From: Bacteroidales bacterium
GTDB lineage: Bacteria; Bacteroidota; Bacteroidia; Bacteroidales; F082
Length of the DNA: 64,000 nt
Direction of reading: 5' to 3'
NCBI GenBank assembly: GCA_017632935.1
Contig: JAGBQJ010000013.1
Coordinates: 5,970-69,969, forward strand
The first letter of the stretch is position 1. Each line of letters starts with the position of its first letter. The notes below the pieces were generated by a model. It was not told the DNA's origin. It saw only the letters and a list, made by a program, of their open reading frames with translations, and made no database searches. The translations under genes and the position numbers were made by a program. This document shows, in pieces, positions 45,003-57,197 of this stretch.

Positions 45003-45553
45003 TGCCACCTATCAAGAGTTATCCGTTGATTAAACGTTTGTAGTCGACAGTAGTCGTTTGTTGTCGTTTGCTGTCGGATAAATAATTGTTTTTCAGTTGT
45101 TTTTGCTTTGCTGAATTCTGACAAAAGAGGAATGCAACGAGGTTGTCACAAATTGTGATAACCTACGTTCGTTGAACGGCAATGCACATAATGAATTTGT
45201 TTGAATAGGATTACTGGATTGACAACATTCAGCAAGAATTTTTCTGTAATCATCTTGTATTTCTCGTAATTTGTTTATTTTTGCTCTCGGATTTGGTGCG
45301 CCAAGTCCGTTTTATAGAAGCGTTATGCTTGTCTTGTAGATGAAAACGTAGGAACTTTTCATGAGAATACAGGATAATGGCATAATAGCTCCGCGCTATA
45401 GGCGTGGGCTGTTATCCATGTGTGTATTCTCGGGTTTCCTACGACCTTCATCTACTGCGTGGCATAGTCAGTTCCACGCTTCTTTTGTGTCAATTGAATG
45501 GAGAAGGAAGGGTTCTCCTGCGCTTTTGGGGCTGGAAGCCGAAACAAAACGAG

Positions 45554-46141
45554 ATGAAGAGATTGTTACTAATGTTATTGTTGGTTGCTTCTACCAATGT
45601 TTTTGCACAAAAAGAAGTTACGAAGTTTCTTGGAATTCCAGTTGATGGGTTTAAATCTGAAATGATTCAGAAACTGAAAGCAAAAGGGTATAAATACAAT
45701 AGTACGGCTGATTGTTTGGAAGGAGAGTTTAATGGAAAAGAAGTCCAAATAGTTGTTGTGACAAACAATAATAAAGTGTATCGCATAGCTGTGTTTGACA
45801 AAAACTACACGAGCGAGACGGATATTAAAATCAACTTCAACAAATTATGTCAGCAATTTGAACGGAATGAAAGGTATTTTTCCATCAAGGAAGACCAAAC
45901 AATACCAGAACATGAGGATATCTCATATGAGATGTTAGTAAATAATAAGCGGTATGAAGCCGTATTTTATCAAAAATTGGAGAACGAGATTGATTATAAC
46001 GATGTGGATAACGCTCTTTCTGCTTTGGAAAACATGGAAAAAAAGTCAGTTTGGTTTATGATAGATGAACGCTATGGGAAGTATAGGCTATTGATGTTTT
46101 ATGATAATGGTTACAATCAAGCTAACGGAGACGATTTGTAA
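45554..46141 (+). CDS. Secreted hypothetical protein
   Basis: The internal Met at 45554 gives the signal peptide MKRLLLMLLLVASTNVFAQ. The upstream part of the listed ORF looks non-coding. Confidence 0.6.
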   Translation: MKRLLLMLLLVASTNVFAQKEVTKFLGIPVDGFKSEMIQKLKAKGYKYNSTADCLEGEFNGKEVQIVVVTNNNKVYRIAVFDKNYTSETDIKINFNKLCQQFERNERYFSIKEDQTIPEHEDISYEMLVNNKRYEAVFYQKLENEIDYNDVDNALSALENMEKKSVWFMIDERYGKYRLLMFYDNGYNQANGDDL

Positions 46142-46273
46142 AACAAGTGCATTTTTAAGGAATTGGAGCCCCCCAAGGCCGCCTTTGTTTCACTATTACT
46201 TGAAATATTATAAAGAATTTATGAGGTATCAAAAATAATACCTGTCTTTGCGCCGTATTAAAACTAAAAAGTT

Positions 46274-46531
46274 ATGCCAGAATTATTTAGACAGTACGGT
46301 TTTATTTTCCTATTCTTTTCCCATGAACACGAACCCATCCACGTTCACGTTAGGGGACATAATGGTGATGCCAAGTTTGTTTGGGATGGCGAGGGTTTTG
46401 TTTTGGAAAGTTCCAATAACATTAAGGCCAATGATTTGAAGCGCGTTGAGCGTGCCATTCATGAAAACGCGGATATTATTATCAATCGTTGGTATGAAAT
46501 ATTCAAACCAGAAGACGATGAAGATCAATAA
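46274..46531 (+). CDS. DUF4160-family small protein
   Basis: FIFLFFSHEHEPIHVHVRG motif; 85 aa. It overlaps the following DUF2442-like gene. Confidence 0.65.
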   Translation: MPELFRQYGFIFLFFSHEHEPIHVHVRGHNGDAKFVWDGEGFVLESSNNIKANDLKRVERAIHENADIIINRWYEIFKPEDDEDQ

Positions 46532-46925
46532 AATATGGTTTGAAGGCGAGTGGCTCTATGGCCTTGGCGATGATAGAAAGACGTATCGCCAGTCGCTACT
46601 TTGGTATAAAGATTTGTATAAGGCTTCTGATTCGGAACGTGAAGAATATGAAATCAGCACAATTGGCATCCATTGGAGAAAATTGGATGTGGATGTCAGT
46701 TTTGAGAGTTTTACTTACGATGAGGCGGAACCTTCTGAGTTGCAACGCTTTTTCTTGACCCATCCGGAAATCAATGTGGGACAGTTTGCATTGAAGGCAG
46801 GGATCAATGCAGGATTGCTTCGTAACTATATCAATGGCTTTAAAAAGCCTTCCCAAGAACGAGAACAACAGATTTTGCAACAAATCCATCAATTAGGTCA
46901 AGAATTTGCGGCTGTTACATTCTAA
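46518..46925 (+). CDS. DUF2442-like protein with a C-terminal HTH
   Basis: Start at Met 46518 ([10 protein letters not shown]). [17 protein letters not shown] is DUF2442-like. C-terminal [28 protein letters not shown] is XRE-type HTH-like. Confidence 0.6.
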   Translation: MKINKIWFEGEWLYGLGDDRKTYRQSLLWYKDLYKASDSEREEYEISTIGIHWRKLDVDVSFESFTYDEAEPSELQRFFLTHPEINVGQFALKAGINAGLLRNYINGFKKPSQEREQQILQQIHQLGQEFAAVTF

Positions 46926-46932
46926 AAAACTG

Positions 46933-46940
46933 TATTTTTG
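46933..46940 (+). promoter_or_regulatory. -7 box (TATTTTTG) for leuS
   Basis: Matches TAnnTTTG, 38 nt upstream of the ATG at 46978. Confidence 0.5.
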
Positions 46941-46977
46941 CAGTTTCTTTCAAAAACAGCAAAAAACACCTCGTTAT

Positions 46978-50115
<3,138 letters not shown>

Positions 50116-51522
50116 TTACCGCGTACGCATCTCAAACACTACTGCGTGCGACATCTCGTAGTTATTCGGGAAGTCAATGCGGTAGCGACCATCAGCCTCT
50201 CTGCAAAGGGAGGCTTTTTTCTTGCTGCCCAAGACTTTGATTTTGCCTGTTTTCAGGTTCATGCCCTTGCCGTCGAACCAATAAGTATCTGGCACCGGGC
50301 TTTCTTGCTCGTCCAAGAGGAAGATGCCGTAAACCTTGTCGCCTTTTTGCGTGAAGCGGAACTTGCCGTAGGTGAAGGGATAAATCGGGCGCGTGCCATA
50401 GATGGCCTCGCCGTTCACTTGCATCCATTCTCCAATCTCCTTCATGCGGAGCAGAGCGGTATCGGGCAGGTTGCCGTCAGCATCGGGGCCTACGTTGAGG
50501 AGGAAGTTGCCGCCTTTGGCCACGATGTCGCAGAGCAGGTGGATGAGTTTGTTTGTGCTTTTATAGGTGTCGGTCGAGACATACGACCAGGAGTTGCCCA
50601 TCGACATGCAGGTCTCCCAGGGATAGGGCAGGAGCGAGTCGGGCACCTGCTGTTCGGGGGTCTGGTAGTTCTCGTATTTGCCGCCCACCGAGCGGTCGAC
50701 GATGATGAGGTCGGGATTGTTCTCGCGGGCAATGGAAGCGACTGCGGGCATATTGATGTCTTGGATGTAGCCTTGGCAGCCCAGCCAGGGACGCGTTTCG
50801 TCGTTAACGCTCCATTCGGGACGCACCCAGCCGCCGTCGAGCCAAAGGATGTCGATGTCGCCATAGTTATGGGTGAGTTCGCGTATCTGTCTGTGGGTGA
50901 ATTGTTTGTATTTCTCAAAGCGCTCGGGCAAGGCTGTCGGGTCGTAGTTGACGTTACGGTCGGGGGTGGCCCATTCGTGTGCCCAATAGTCGTCGCAGTG
51001 CCAGTCGGGTTTGGAGAAATAGAGGCCTGTCCAGAAGCCTTTGTCGCGGAAGGCTTTCACCACCTCGCCGGTGATGTCGGCCTTGGGGCTCTTGGAGAAC
51101 GGACAGCTCGGGTCGACGGTGGAGTAGGAGGTCTCCTTGGTGTCAAACATGCAGAAGCCGTCGTGGTGTTTCGTGGTGAACACGACATACTTCATGCCGG
51201 CATTCTGAGCTGCTTCTGCCCATTTCGACGGGTCGAAATGCTGTGGGTTAAAGGTTTTATTAAGGTTTTGATAATCAGTCTTGTATTGGTAATAATCTGC
51301 GCCATCGCGGTTGATCCAAGGCTCGTTGCAGATGGACCATGACTCCACCACTTCCCATTGGGCGTAGATGCCCCAATGCATCATGAAGCCGAACTTCAGG
51401 TCCTGCCATTGGCTGATGCGGTTGGTGATGACAGGGTCGGTTTCGGGGAGTTGGTTGTTGGATTGGGCGAAGGTAGTTATGCAAATGAGGCATAACAGCA
51501 TGGAGAAAAAGCAGTTTTTCAT
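50116..51522 (-). CDS. Alpha-L-fucosidase (GH29), secreted
   Basis: WQDLKFGFMMHWGIYA, TKHHDGFCMFDT, DILWLDGGW. Its stop codon abuts the leuS stop (convergent, 0-nt gap). Confidence 0.9.
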   Translation of the reverse strand: MKNCFFSMLLCLICITTFAQSNNQLPETDPVITNRISQWQDLKFGFMMHWGIYAQWEVVESWSICNEPWINRDGADYYQYKTDYQNLNKTFNPQHFDPSKWAEAAQNAGMKYVVFTTKHHDGFCMFDTKETSYSTVDPSCPFSKSPKADITGEVVKAFRDKGFWTGLYFSKPDWHCDDYWAHEWATPDRNVNYDPTALPERFEKYKQFTHRQIRELTHNYGDIDILWLDGGWVRPEWSVNDETRPWLGCQGYIQDINMPAVASIARENNPDLIIVDRSVGGKYENYQTPEQQVPDSLLPYPWETCMSMGNSWSYVSTDTYKSTNKLIHLLCDIVAKGGNFLLNVGPDADGNLPDTALLRMKEIGEWMQVNGEAIYGTRPIYPFTYGKFRFTQKGDKVYGIFLLDEQESPVPDTYWFDGKGMNLKTGKIKVLGSKKKASLCREADGRYRIDFPNNYEMSHAVVFEMRTR

Positions 51523-51544
51523 CGGAAATTCTTTTTTGTTGCCG

Positions 51545-51552
51545 CAAAGGTA
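51545..51552 (-). promoter_or_regulatory. -7 box (TACCTTTG) for the fucosidase gene
   Basis: The reverse complement of caaaggta, 23 nt upstream of the ATG at 51522. Confidence 0.5.
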
Positions 51553-51595
51553 TAAAAATTGGGTTGGAAAATTATTATCAATAATAATTTTACTG

Positions 51596-51603
51596 TATTT
51601 TTG
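51596..51603 (+). promoter_or_regulatory. -7 box (TATTTTTG) for the R-M operon
   Basis: Matches TAnnTTTG, 23 nt upstream of the ATG at 51626. Confidence 0.5.
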
Positions 51604-51625
51604 CTGAGTAAATTGGGGGAATTAT

Positions 51626-53494
51626 ATGAACGGCTATTCGCAAACACCGCAAGAGGAACGGATAAAGATGCTGCAGTCGCTTATGCCTGAGGTATTTGAC
51701 GAGGGCAAGATTGATTGGGAAAAGTTGAAAGCAACGCTTGGCGAGGAAGTGAATTTCGCCAACGAGCGTTATGTGCTGAATTGGGCTGGCAAAAGTGATG
51801 CTTTCCGTGTGATGCAGCAGCCTTCATCGGCCACTTTGGTGCCTTGCTGTGAGGAGTCTGTCGATTTTGACAACACCGAAAACATTTTCATTGAAGGTGA
51901 GAACATGGAAGTGCTAAAGGTGTTGCAAAAGAGTTATTTCGGCAAGGTGAAGATGATATACATAGACCCGCCGTATAATACTGGCAACGATTCGTTCATC
52001 TATCCCGACAAGTTTTCGGAGACCAAGGAGAAATACCTGCGCCGCGTGGGCGACAAGGACGAGGAAGGTTATATGACCCGCGAAGGCATGTTCCGCAAAA
52101 ACAGCAAGGAAAACGGACAATACCACAGCAACTGGCTCAATATGATGATGCCGCGCCTTTATTTGGCCAAAAGCCTGCTGCGTGAAGATGGTGTGATTTT
52201 CGTTTCCATTGACGACAATGAGGTGCATAACCTTCGTTTGTTGATGAATGAGATTTTCGGGGAGGAAAATTTTGTGGCTAACATAATTTGGCAGCATAGT
52301 ATACAACCCAAAGGTTATACAGATAAATTCTCTGTACATCATAATCATATTGTGTGCTATAGCAAGAGTATGGATTATGAATTATCTCCTTTACAGCGTA
52401 CCGAAGAGAACAATAAATCATATAGTAATCCTGATAATGACCCTAAAGGGCTTTGGCGTAGCGGTGATGTTCGTAATGCTTTGTATCGCCCGAATCTAAT
52501 TTATGACATAATAACGCCTTCTGGCAAGATAATAAAACCATGCGCTAACGGTTGGCGATGGAGTAAAGAAACCCTCGAAGAAAAAATAAAAACGGGTGAA
52601 ATTATCTTTAGTGTAGACGAAACGCGCATAATTAGGAAAATATATTTGTCTAATGTTGAAGGTCGTGCCCCGGAAACGATTTGGTTTGCGAAAGAAGTAG
52701 GAAGCACTCGTGATGCGATGAATGAATTAAAGGAATTATTCACCGAACCACCATTTGATACCCCCAAGCCGACTAAACTAATAACAAGAATGATGGGGTT
52801 GGCTGATGACAAGAATGCTGTTATCCTTGATTTCTTCGCTGGCAGTTGTACCACCGCTCATGCTGTGATGCAATTAAACAAAGAAGATGGAGGCCATCGA
52901 AAGTACATTTGTGTGCAGTTGCCTGAGTTGTGCGATGAAACGAGCGAGGCGTACAAGGCTGGGTATAACACCATTGCGGAAATCGGCAAGGAAAGAATTA
53001 GGAGGGCAGGAGCAAAGATCCGTACAGAAGTGGAAGCCGAACAAATCAAACAGCAAGAACAACTCCAGTTTGAGGAAGAATCCATTGAAATGCCAGACGT
53101 GGGCTTCAAAGTGTTCAAACTTTCGGAGAGCAACTTCAAACAATGGCGCGAAATAAAAGGCTCCAACAAAGAGGAATGGAAACAGCAGATGATGGACTTC
53201 CTCAATCCCGTAGCCGAAAACGCCACCACCGACAATATGGTGTATGAGTTGCTCTTAAAGAGCGGCAAGAGCCTGAACAGCACCATAGAACATCGTAACG
53301 GTTACTACGCCATCAACGGCAAGGAACTGATACTGATGCTCGAATCCGCCACGCAAGAAACGGTGGATGCCATCCTTGCCGAGCATCCACAAAAAGTTAT
53401 CGCCTTAGATAACCTGTTCGAAGGCAACGACCAATTGAAAACCAACACTGCACTTCAGATGAGAGATGCTGGGGTGGAGTTTAGGACGATATAA
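51626..53494 (+). CDS. mod: Type III R-M methyltransferase (Mod; beta-class N6-A/N4-C MTase)
   Basis: Motif IV IYIDPPYNTGND precedes motif I ILDFFAGSCTTAHA (beta-class order), with a central variable region. It lies in an operon with a Res helicase-nuclease. Confidence 0.8.
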   Translation: MNGYSQTPQEERIKMLQSLMPEVFDEGKIDWEKLKATLGEEVNFANERYVLNWAGKSDAFRVMQQPSSATLVPCCEESVDFDNTENIFIEGENMEVLKVLQKSYFGKVKMIYIDPPYNTGNDSFIYPDKFSETKEKYLRRVGDKDEEGYMTREGMFRKNSKENGQYHSNWLNMMMPRLYLAKSLLREDGVIFVSIDDNEVHNLRLLMNEIFGEENFVANIIWQHSIQPKGYTDKFSVHHNHIVCYSKSMDYELSPLQRTEENNKSYSNPDNDPKGLWRSGDVRNALYRPNLIYDIITPSGKIIKPCANGWRWSKETLEEKIKTGEIIFSVDETRIIRKIYLSNVEGRAPETIWFAKEVGSTRDAMNELKELFTEPPFDTPKPTKLITRMMGLADDKNAVILDFFAGSCTTAHAVMQLNKEDGGHRKYICVQLPELCDETSEAYKAGYNTIAEIGKERIRRAGAKIRTEVEAEQIKQQEQLQFEEESIEMPDVGFKVFKLSESNFKQWREIKGSNKEEWKQQMMDFLNPVAENATTDNMVYELLLKSGKSLNSTIEHRNGYYAINGKELILMLESATQETVDAILAEHPQKVIALDNLFEGNDQLKTNTALQMRDAGVEFRTI

Positions 53495-56400
53495 ATGGAG
53501 GTCTTTATGAACTTACAAGAAATATATACCAAGTTAAAACTGACGGAAGATGATAGCCTTATTCGGGTTTCCGAAAATAAAGAATGGCAGAAAAAGGTTG
53601 CTCTTCCCAGTCGCATTTACCGTTTGTTGGAGAAAAACGAGTTACTCAAAACATTGGATGCGTTTTTTTGTTTTGACAACAAGCCGCTTATCCTGTTTTT
53701 CAATCTTGAAGATAGCAAGAAGAAACAAAAGCTTCACAAGGCAATTTGGAATTTCAATGAATCGCCCATAGCCATTATTGTTGAGAACAATGCTGTCGAA
53801 ATCTTCAATGGTTTTTCTATTGATGAGAACACGAAATTGCTCCATTCAATAGGTGGTGTTGAAAAATTGGATGATTTCACCTATTTTAAACTGGTTACTG
53901 GAAAGACATGGGAAAAATATCAGGAAGATCTCAGCCATAAAAACAGGGTTGACTATAGATTGCTGGATAATATTGAGGCAACGCAACAAAGAATTATGGG
54001 TATGGGCTTGTCTCAAAAAGTAGCAAATGCATTAATCGGCAAGATTGTTTTTATCCGCTACCTAATTGACAGACAAGTTCATTTGCATTTTGAGGGCTTG
54101 TCTAAGACTTGGACTAATTCTGAATTGTGTGAATTGCTTAAAAGTAAGCAAAGATTTGGAAAATTTATTGAGTATTTGGAGGATCCTGAAAAAGGATTTA
54201 ATGGAGATATGTTTCGCTTGTCGCATGATGAGTTTGAAACCATATCCACGGAGGCCCTTAATGTCATTATTGACTTGTTATCAAGTGTTGAGATTAAAAC
54301 AGGTCAAAAATCTCTATTTGATTTGTACGACTTTTCCATACTTCCCGTGGAATTCATCAGTAATGTTTACGAGAAATTTATTGGCAAAGAGAATCAGAAC
54401 AAGGAAGGTGCATATTACACACCTACTTTTTTAGTTGATTACGTTGTTCAACAAACCATCGGAAAGAGATTTGAACAAAGCAATGATTATAATTGTAAAG
54501 TGCTTGATCCTGCTTGTGGGTCTGGTATTTTTTTGGTAGAATCTCTTAGACGAATTATAGATAAGTATATAGAAGTAGAGCATATAGGCGATGAGGGGAA
54601 AAAATCTGAAGAATTTCGGAAAGCACTAAAAGAATTGACATTGAGCAATATATATGGAATAGATAAAGATGAAAGTGCTATACAAGTTGCTATTTTTTCC
54701 ATTTACTTAACCTTGCTTAATTACCAAAAGCCGGCTGATATAGAAGATTTCAAATTCCCCAAATTATTGGGCAGAAATTTCATTCACAGTGATGCTTTTG
54801 ATATAAATAATCAACGGATAAAAGAATTCTCTGAGAAAGAGATCCGTTTTGATTATATCATTGGAAATCCGCCATGGATGAGAGGTCGTATTATTCGCGA
54901 TAATAATGGGAAAGTCTTAATCCCAGAATATGTTAGGTATTTAAATTTCACGGGACAAACAAAAGTGGTGGGTAATAAAGAATTAGCCCAAGCTTTTGTT
55001 TTACGCAGTATTGATTTTGCCGTTTCTGATACCCAATTTGCATTAGTACTGACTAGTAAAGTATTATATAATCTTCAAAGTCAATCATTCAGAAAGTTTA
55101 TGCTAAACAATCTGATAATTGATCAGGTTTTTGAAATGGCACCTGTTCGGAAGGAGATCTTTATTAATTCAAATGATTCCGCTATTGCTCCGGCATGTGT
55201 TTTGTTTTTTCATAAAGCAGATGACAATAATACTGATTCTAACATTATTGAGCATATTGCGCTCAAACCTAGTCGGTTCTTTTCATTGTTTAAAACTCTG
55301 GCATTAACGAAAAATGATGTTCAAAGAGTAAAGCAGTGCCTGTTAAAAGACAATGATTGGTTATGGAAGGTGTTAGTGTATGGTTCTTATTTAGACTTTA
55401 ATTTCATAAAAAGGCTTGAAAAGATACAATCACTATTTGATTATTTGAGGAAAAATGAAATTGTATTTGGACAAGGTATTACTGTAGGCGGAGGGGATAA
55501 GAATAACACGGATAGTTTGATAAACAAGCCCGTTGTAGAAGCTTCTCAAATCCATCAGTTTTACATTCAAGAGCCTTTTTCTTATTGGTCTGGAGAGTTG
55601 GTGCATAGGACAAGAAATCTTGAACTATACAAGGCTCCATTATTACTTACCACCAAAGGAGTAATGAGCAACTTAAAAGCAGAGTCTGCTATTAGCACGA
55701 AAGATGTGGTGTATAAGGATGCAGTAACAGGAATCCACTCTGATGATGTTAATCTCTTGAGAAACATTGAAGGTTTTTGGAACTCTTCTTTTTTCTCCTA
55801 TTATAATATTAATACATTTAGTTCTTCGGGAATTGAACGTGAACAGGCTTTGATAAAAGAAAAGATGTCTGTTCCATTTGTTTGTTTTGGCATTCATGAT
55901 ATTGTCAAAAAAATTGAAACTTTGGCATCCAATTATTATACTTCTACATCACGGAGTGATTATTTGTATGGTGAAATACTGAATCTGCAACAAGAAGTAG
56001 ATGAAATAATTGCTTCAAAACTATATTGTTCTCAATTAGAGAAGGATTTGATTGACTATGCGAATACTGTAACTATTCCCTTGGCTATTAAATCTGTCGG
56101 ATACGAAAAATTATTTGAGTTGATAAGAATAAACGATTCCATTCTAAAACAATATGCTCAAGTTTATATTGACCGATTTGCCAAAAGTTTCAACAGAGAC
56201 GAAAAGCGTTTTATGGTAGATATTCATTACTCTGAACAAATGATTGGTATGTTTTTCAGAGTGATTGATGAACAAGATTTTACCGAAGAAATACCTGTTC
56301 CTCAAACTAACGACACCCTGTTGGCTATGGCAACAGAATTGTCGTCTCAACGTATAACGGACCAGTTGTTTGTGCAAAAAGACATTCGTGGTTTCGAAAA

Positions 56401-56521
56401 AGATTTCTTTTACGTTATCAAGCCAAATGAAAAGCGCTTGTGGCACAAGGCTATTGCCCATTTGGATGTGAATGAGTTTGCTGATGCAATGTTAAGAGCG
56501 GGAGGAAAGAAAAATGAATAA
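53495..56521 (+). CDS. Large gamma-class N6-adenine DNA methyltransferase (Eco57I/PglX/type IIG-like, 1008 aa)
   Basis: GAYYTPTFLVDYVV, motif I VLDPACGSGIFLVE, motif IV IIGNPPWMRG, and a long C-terminal specificity-like region. It starts 1 nt after the mod stop. Confidence 0.75.
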   Translation: MEVFMNLQEIYTKLKLTEDDSLIRVSENKEWQKKVALPSRIYRLLEKNELLKTLDAFFCFDNKPLILFFNLEDSKKKQKLHKAIWNFNESPIAIIVENNAVEIFNGFSIDENTKLLHSIGGVEKLDDFTYFKLVTGKTWEKYQEDLSHKNRVDYRLLDNIEATQQRIMGMGLSQKVANALIGKIVFIRYLIDRQVHLHFEGLSKTWTNSELCELLKSKQRFGKFIEYLEDPEKGFNGDMFRLSHDEFETISTEALNVIIDLLSSVEIKTGQKSLFDLYDFSILPVEFISNVYEKFIGKENQNKEGAYYTPTFLVDYVVQQTIGKRFEQSNDYNCKVLDPACGSGIFLVESLRRIIDKYIEVEHIGDEGKKSEEFRKALKELTLSNIYGIDKDESAIQVAIFSIYLTLLNYQKPADIEDFKFPKLLGRNFIHSDAFDINNQRIKEFSEKEIRFDYIIGNPPWMRGRIIRDNNGKVLIPEYVRYLNFTGQTKVVGNKELAQAFVLRSIDFAVSDTQFALVLTSKVLYNLQSQSFRKFMLNNLIIDQVFEMAPVRKEIFINSNDSAIAPACVLFFHKADDNNTDSNIIEHIALKPSRFFSLFKTLALTKNDVQRVKQCLLKDNDWLWKVLVYGSYLDFNFIKRLEKIQSLFDYLRKNEIVFGQGITVGGGDKNNTDSLINKPVVEASQIHQFYIQEPFSYWSGELVHRTRNLELYKAPLLLTTKGVMSNLKAESAISTKDVVYKDAVTGIHSDDVNLLRNIEGFWNSSFFSYYNINTFSSSGIEREQALIKEKMSVPFVCFGIHDIVKKIETLASNYYTSTSRSDYLYGEILNLQQEVDEIIASKLYCSQLEKDLIDYANTVTIPLAIKSVGYEKLFELIRINDSILKQYAQVYIDRFAKSFNRDEKRFMVDIHYSEQMIGMFFRVIDEQDFTEEIPVPQTNDTLLAMATELSSQRITDQLFVQKDIRGFEKDFFYVIKPNEKRLWHKAIAHLDVNEFADAMLRAGGKKNE

Positions 56522-57197
56522 TCAATCCTTATCTGCATCTGCATACCAGTTCTCTAATACATTCTTTAGTTTCGAACTAGAGAGCATATTATGTGAGTGT
56601 GTTGTTATCTATAATGATATTGTTAATCAGCAAATTAAATTTCCAAATGATGAGGAAATCATTAGAGATGGATTTTTGCGATACTTAAAGGATGATAATT
56701 ATAAAAATGGACATTTTCCATTATACAATTATCATTTTGATAAAGAAGTCAAAGATGGCTTGGGGAGATTGGATATTAGAATATTACCGTTAAATCCATA
56801 TTGCGGAGACAGTGCGTTTTATTCCATCGAATGTAAACGACTTAACAATACAAATGTAAATGGTTCATCAGGCTTGAATGCAGAATACATAATGAATGGT
56901 ATATGTCGGTATGTGATTGATTATTATTCAACACATTATGACACAAATACAATGTTTGGCTTTGTGGTTGAACAAATGGATATTGATAAGAACATTAATA
57001 GTATCAATGGATTACTGCCTTATGATTATATAAATAAGCAAGGTATGACGGTCAATGCAAATGCAAAACATCCCTTACAATATTTTGACTTTGCAAACGG
57101 TTATCCGTATTCATACATATCAACTCACACCCATATTTCGGGTAAAGAGATAGTCCTGTACCATTTGATGTTTGATTTTTCCAACAGCATTATATGA
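56514..57197 (+). CDS. Small PD-(D/E)xK-like protein (putative nuclease fold)
   Basis: GRLDIRILP ... FYSIECKRL gives a D ... E-x-K arrangement. It overlaps the upstream gene by 8 nt and the downstream gene by 4 nt. Confidence 0.45.
   Translation: MNNQSLSASAYQFSNTFFSFELESILCECVVIYNDIVNQQIKFPNDEEIIRDGFLRYLKDDNYKNGHFPLYNYHFDKEVKDGLGRLDIRILPLNPYCGDSAFYSIECKRLNNTNVNGSSGLNAEYIMNGICRYVIDYYSTHYDTNTMFGFVVEQMDIDKNINSINGLLPYDYINKQGMTVNANAKHPLQYFDFANGYPYSYISTHTHISGKEIVLYHLMFDFSNSII

Noticed and set aside
50146-51342. 398-aa plus-strand ORF
   Set aside because: It is antisense to the GH29 fucosidase gene, which has clear catalytic motifs. The composition looks spurious.
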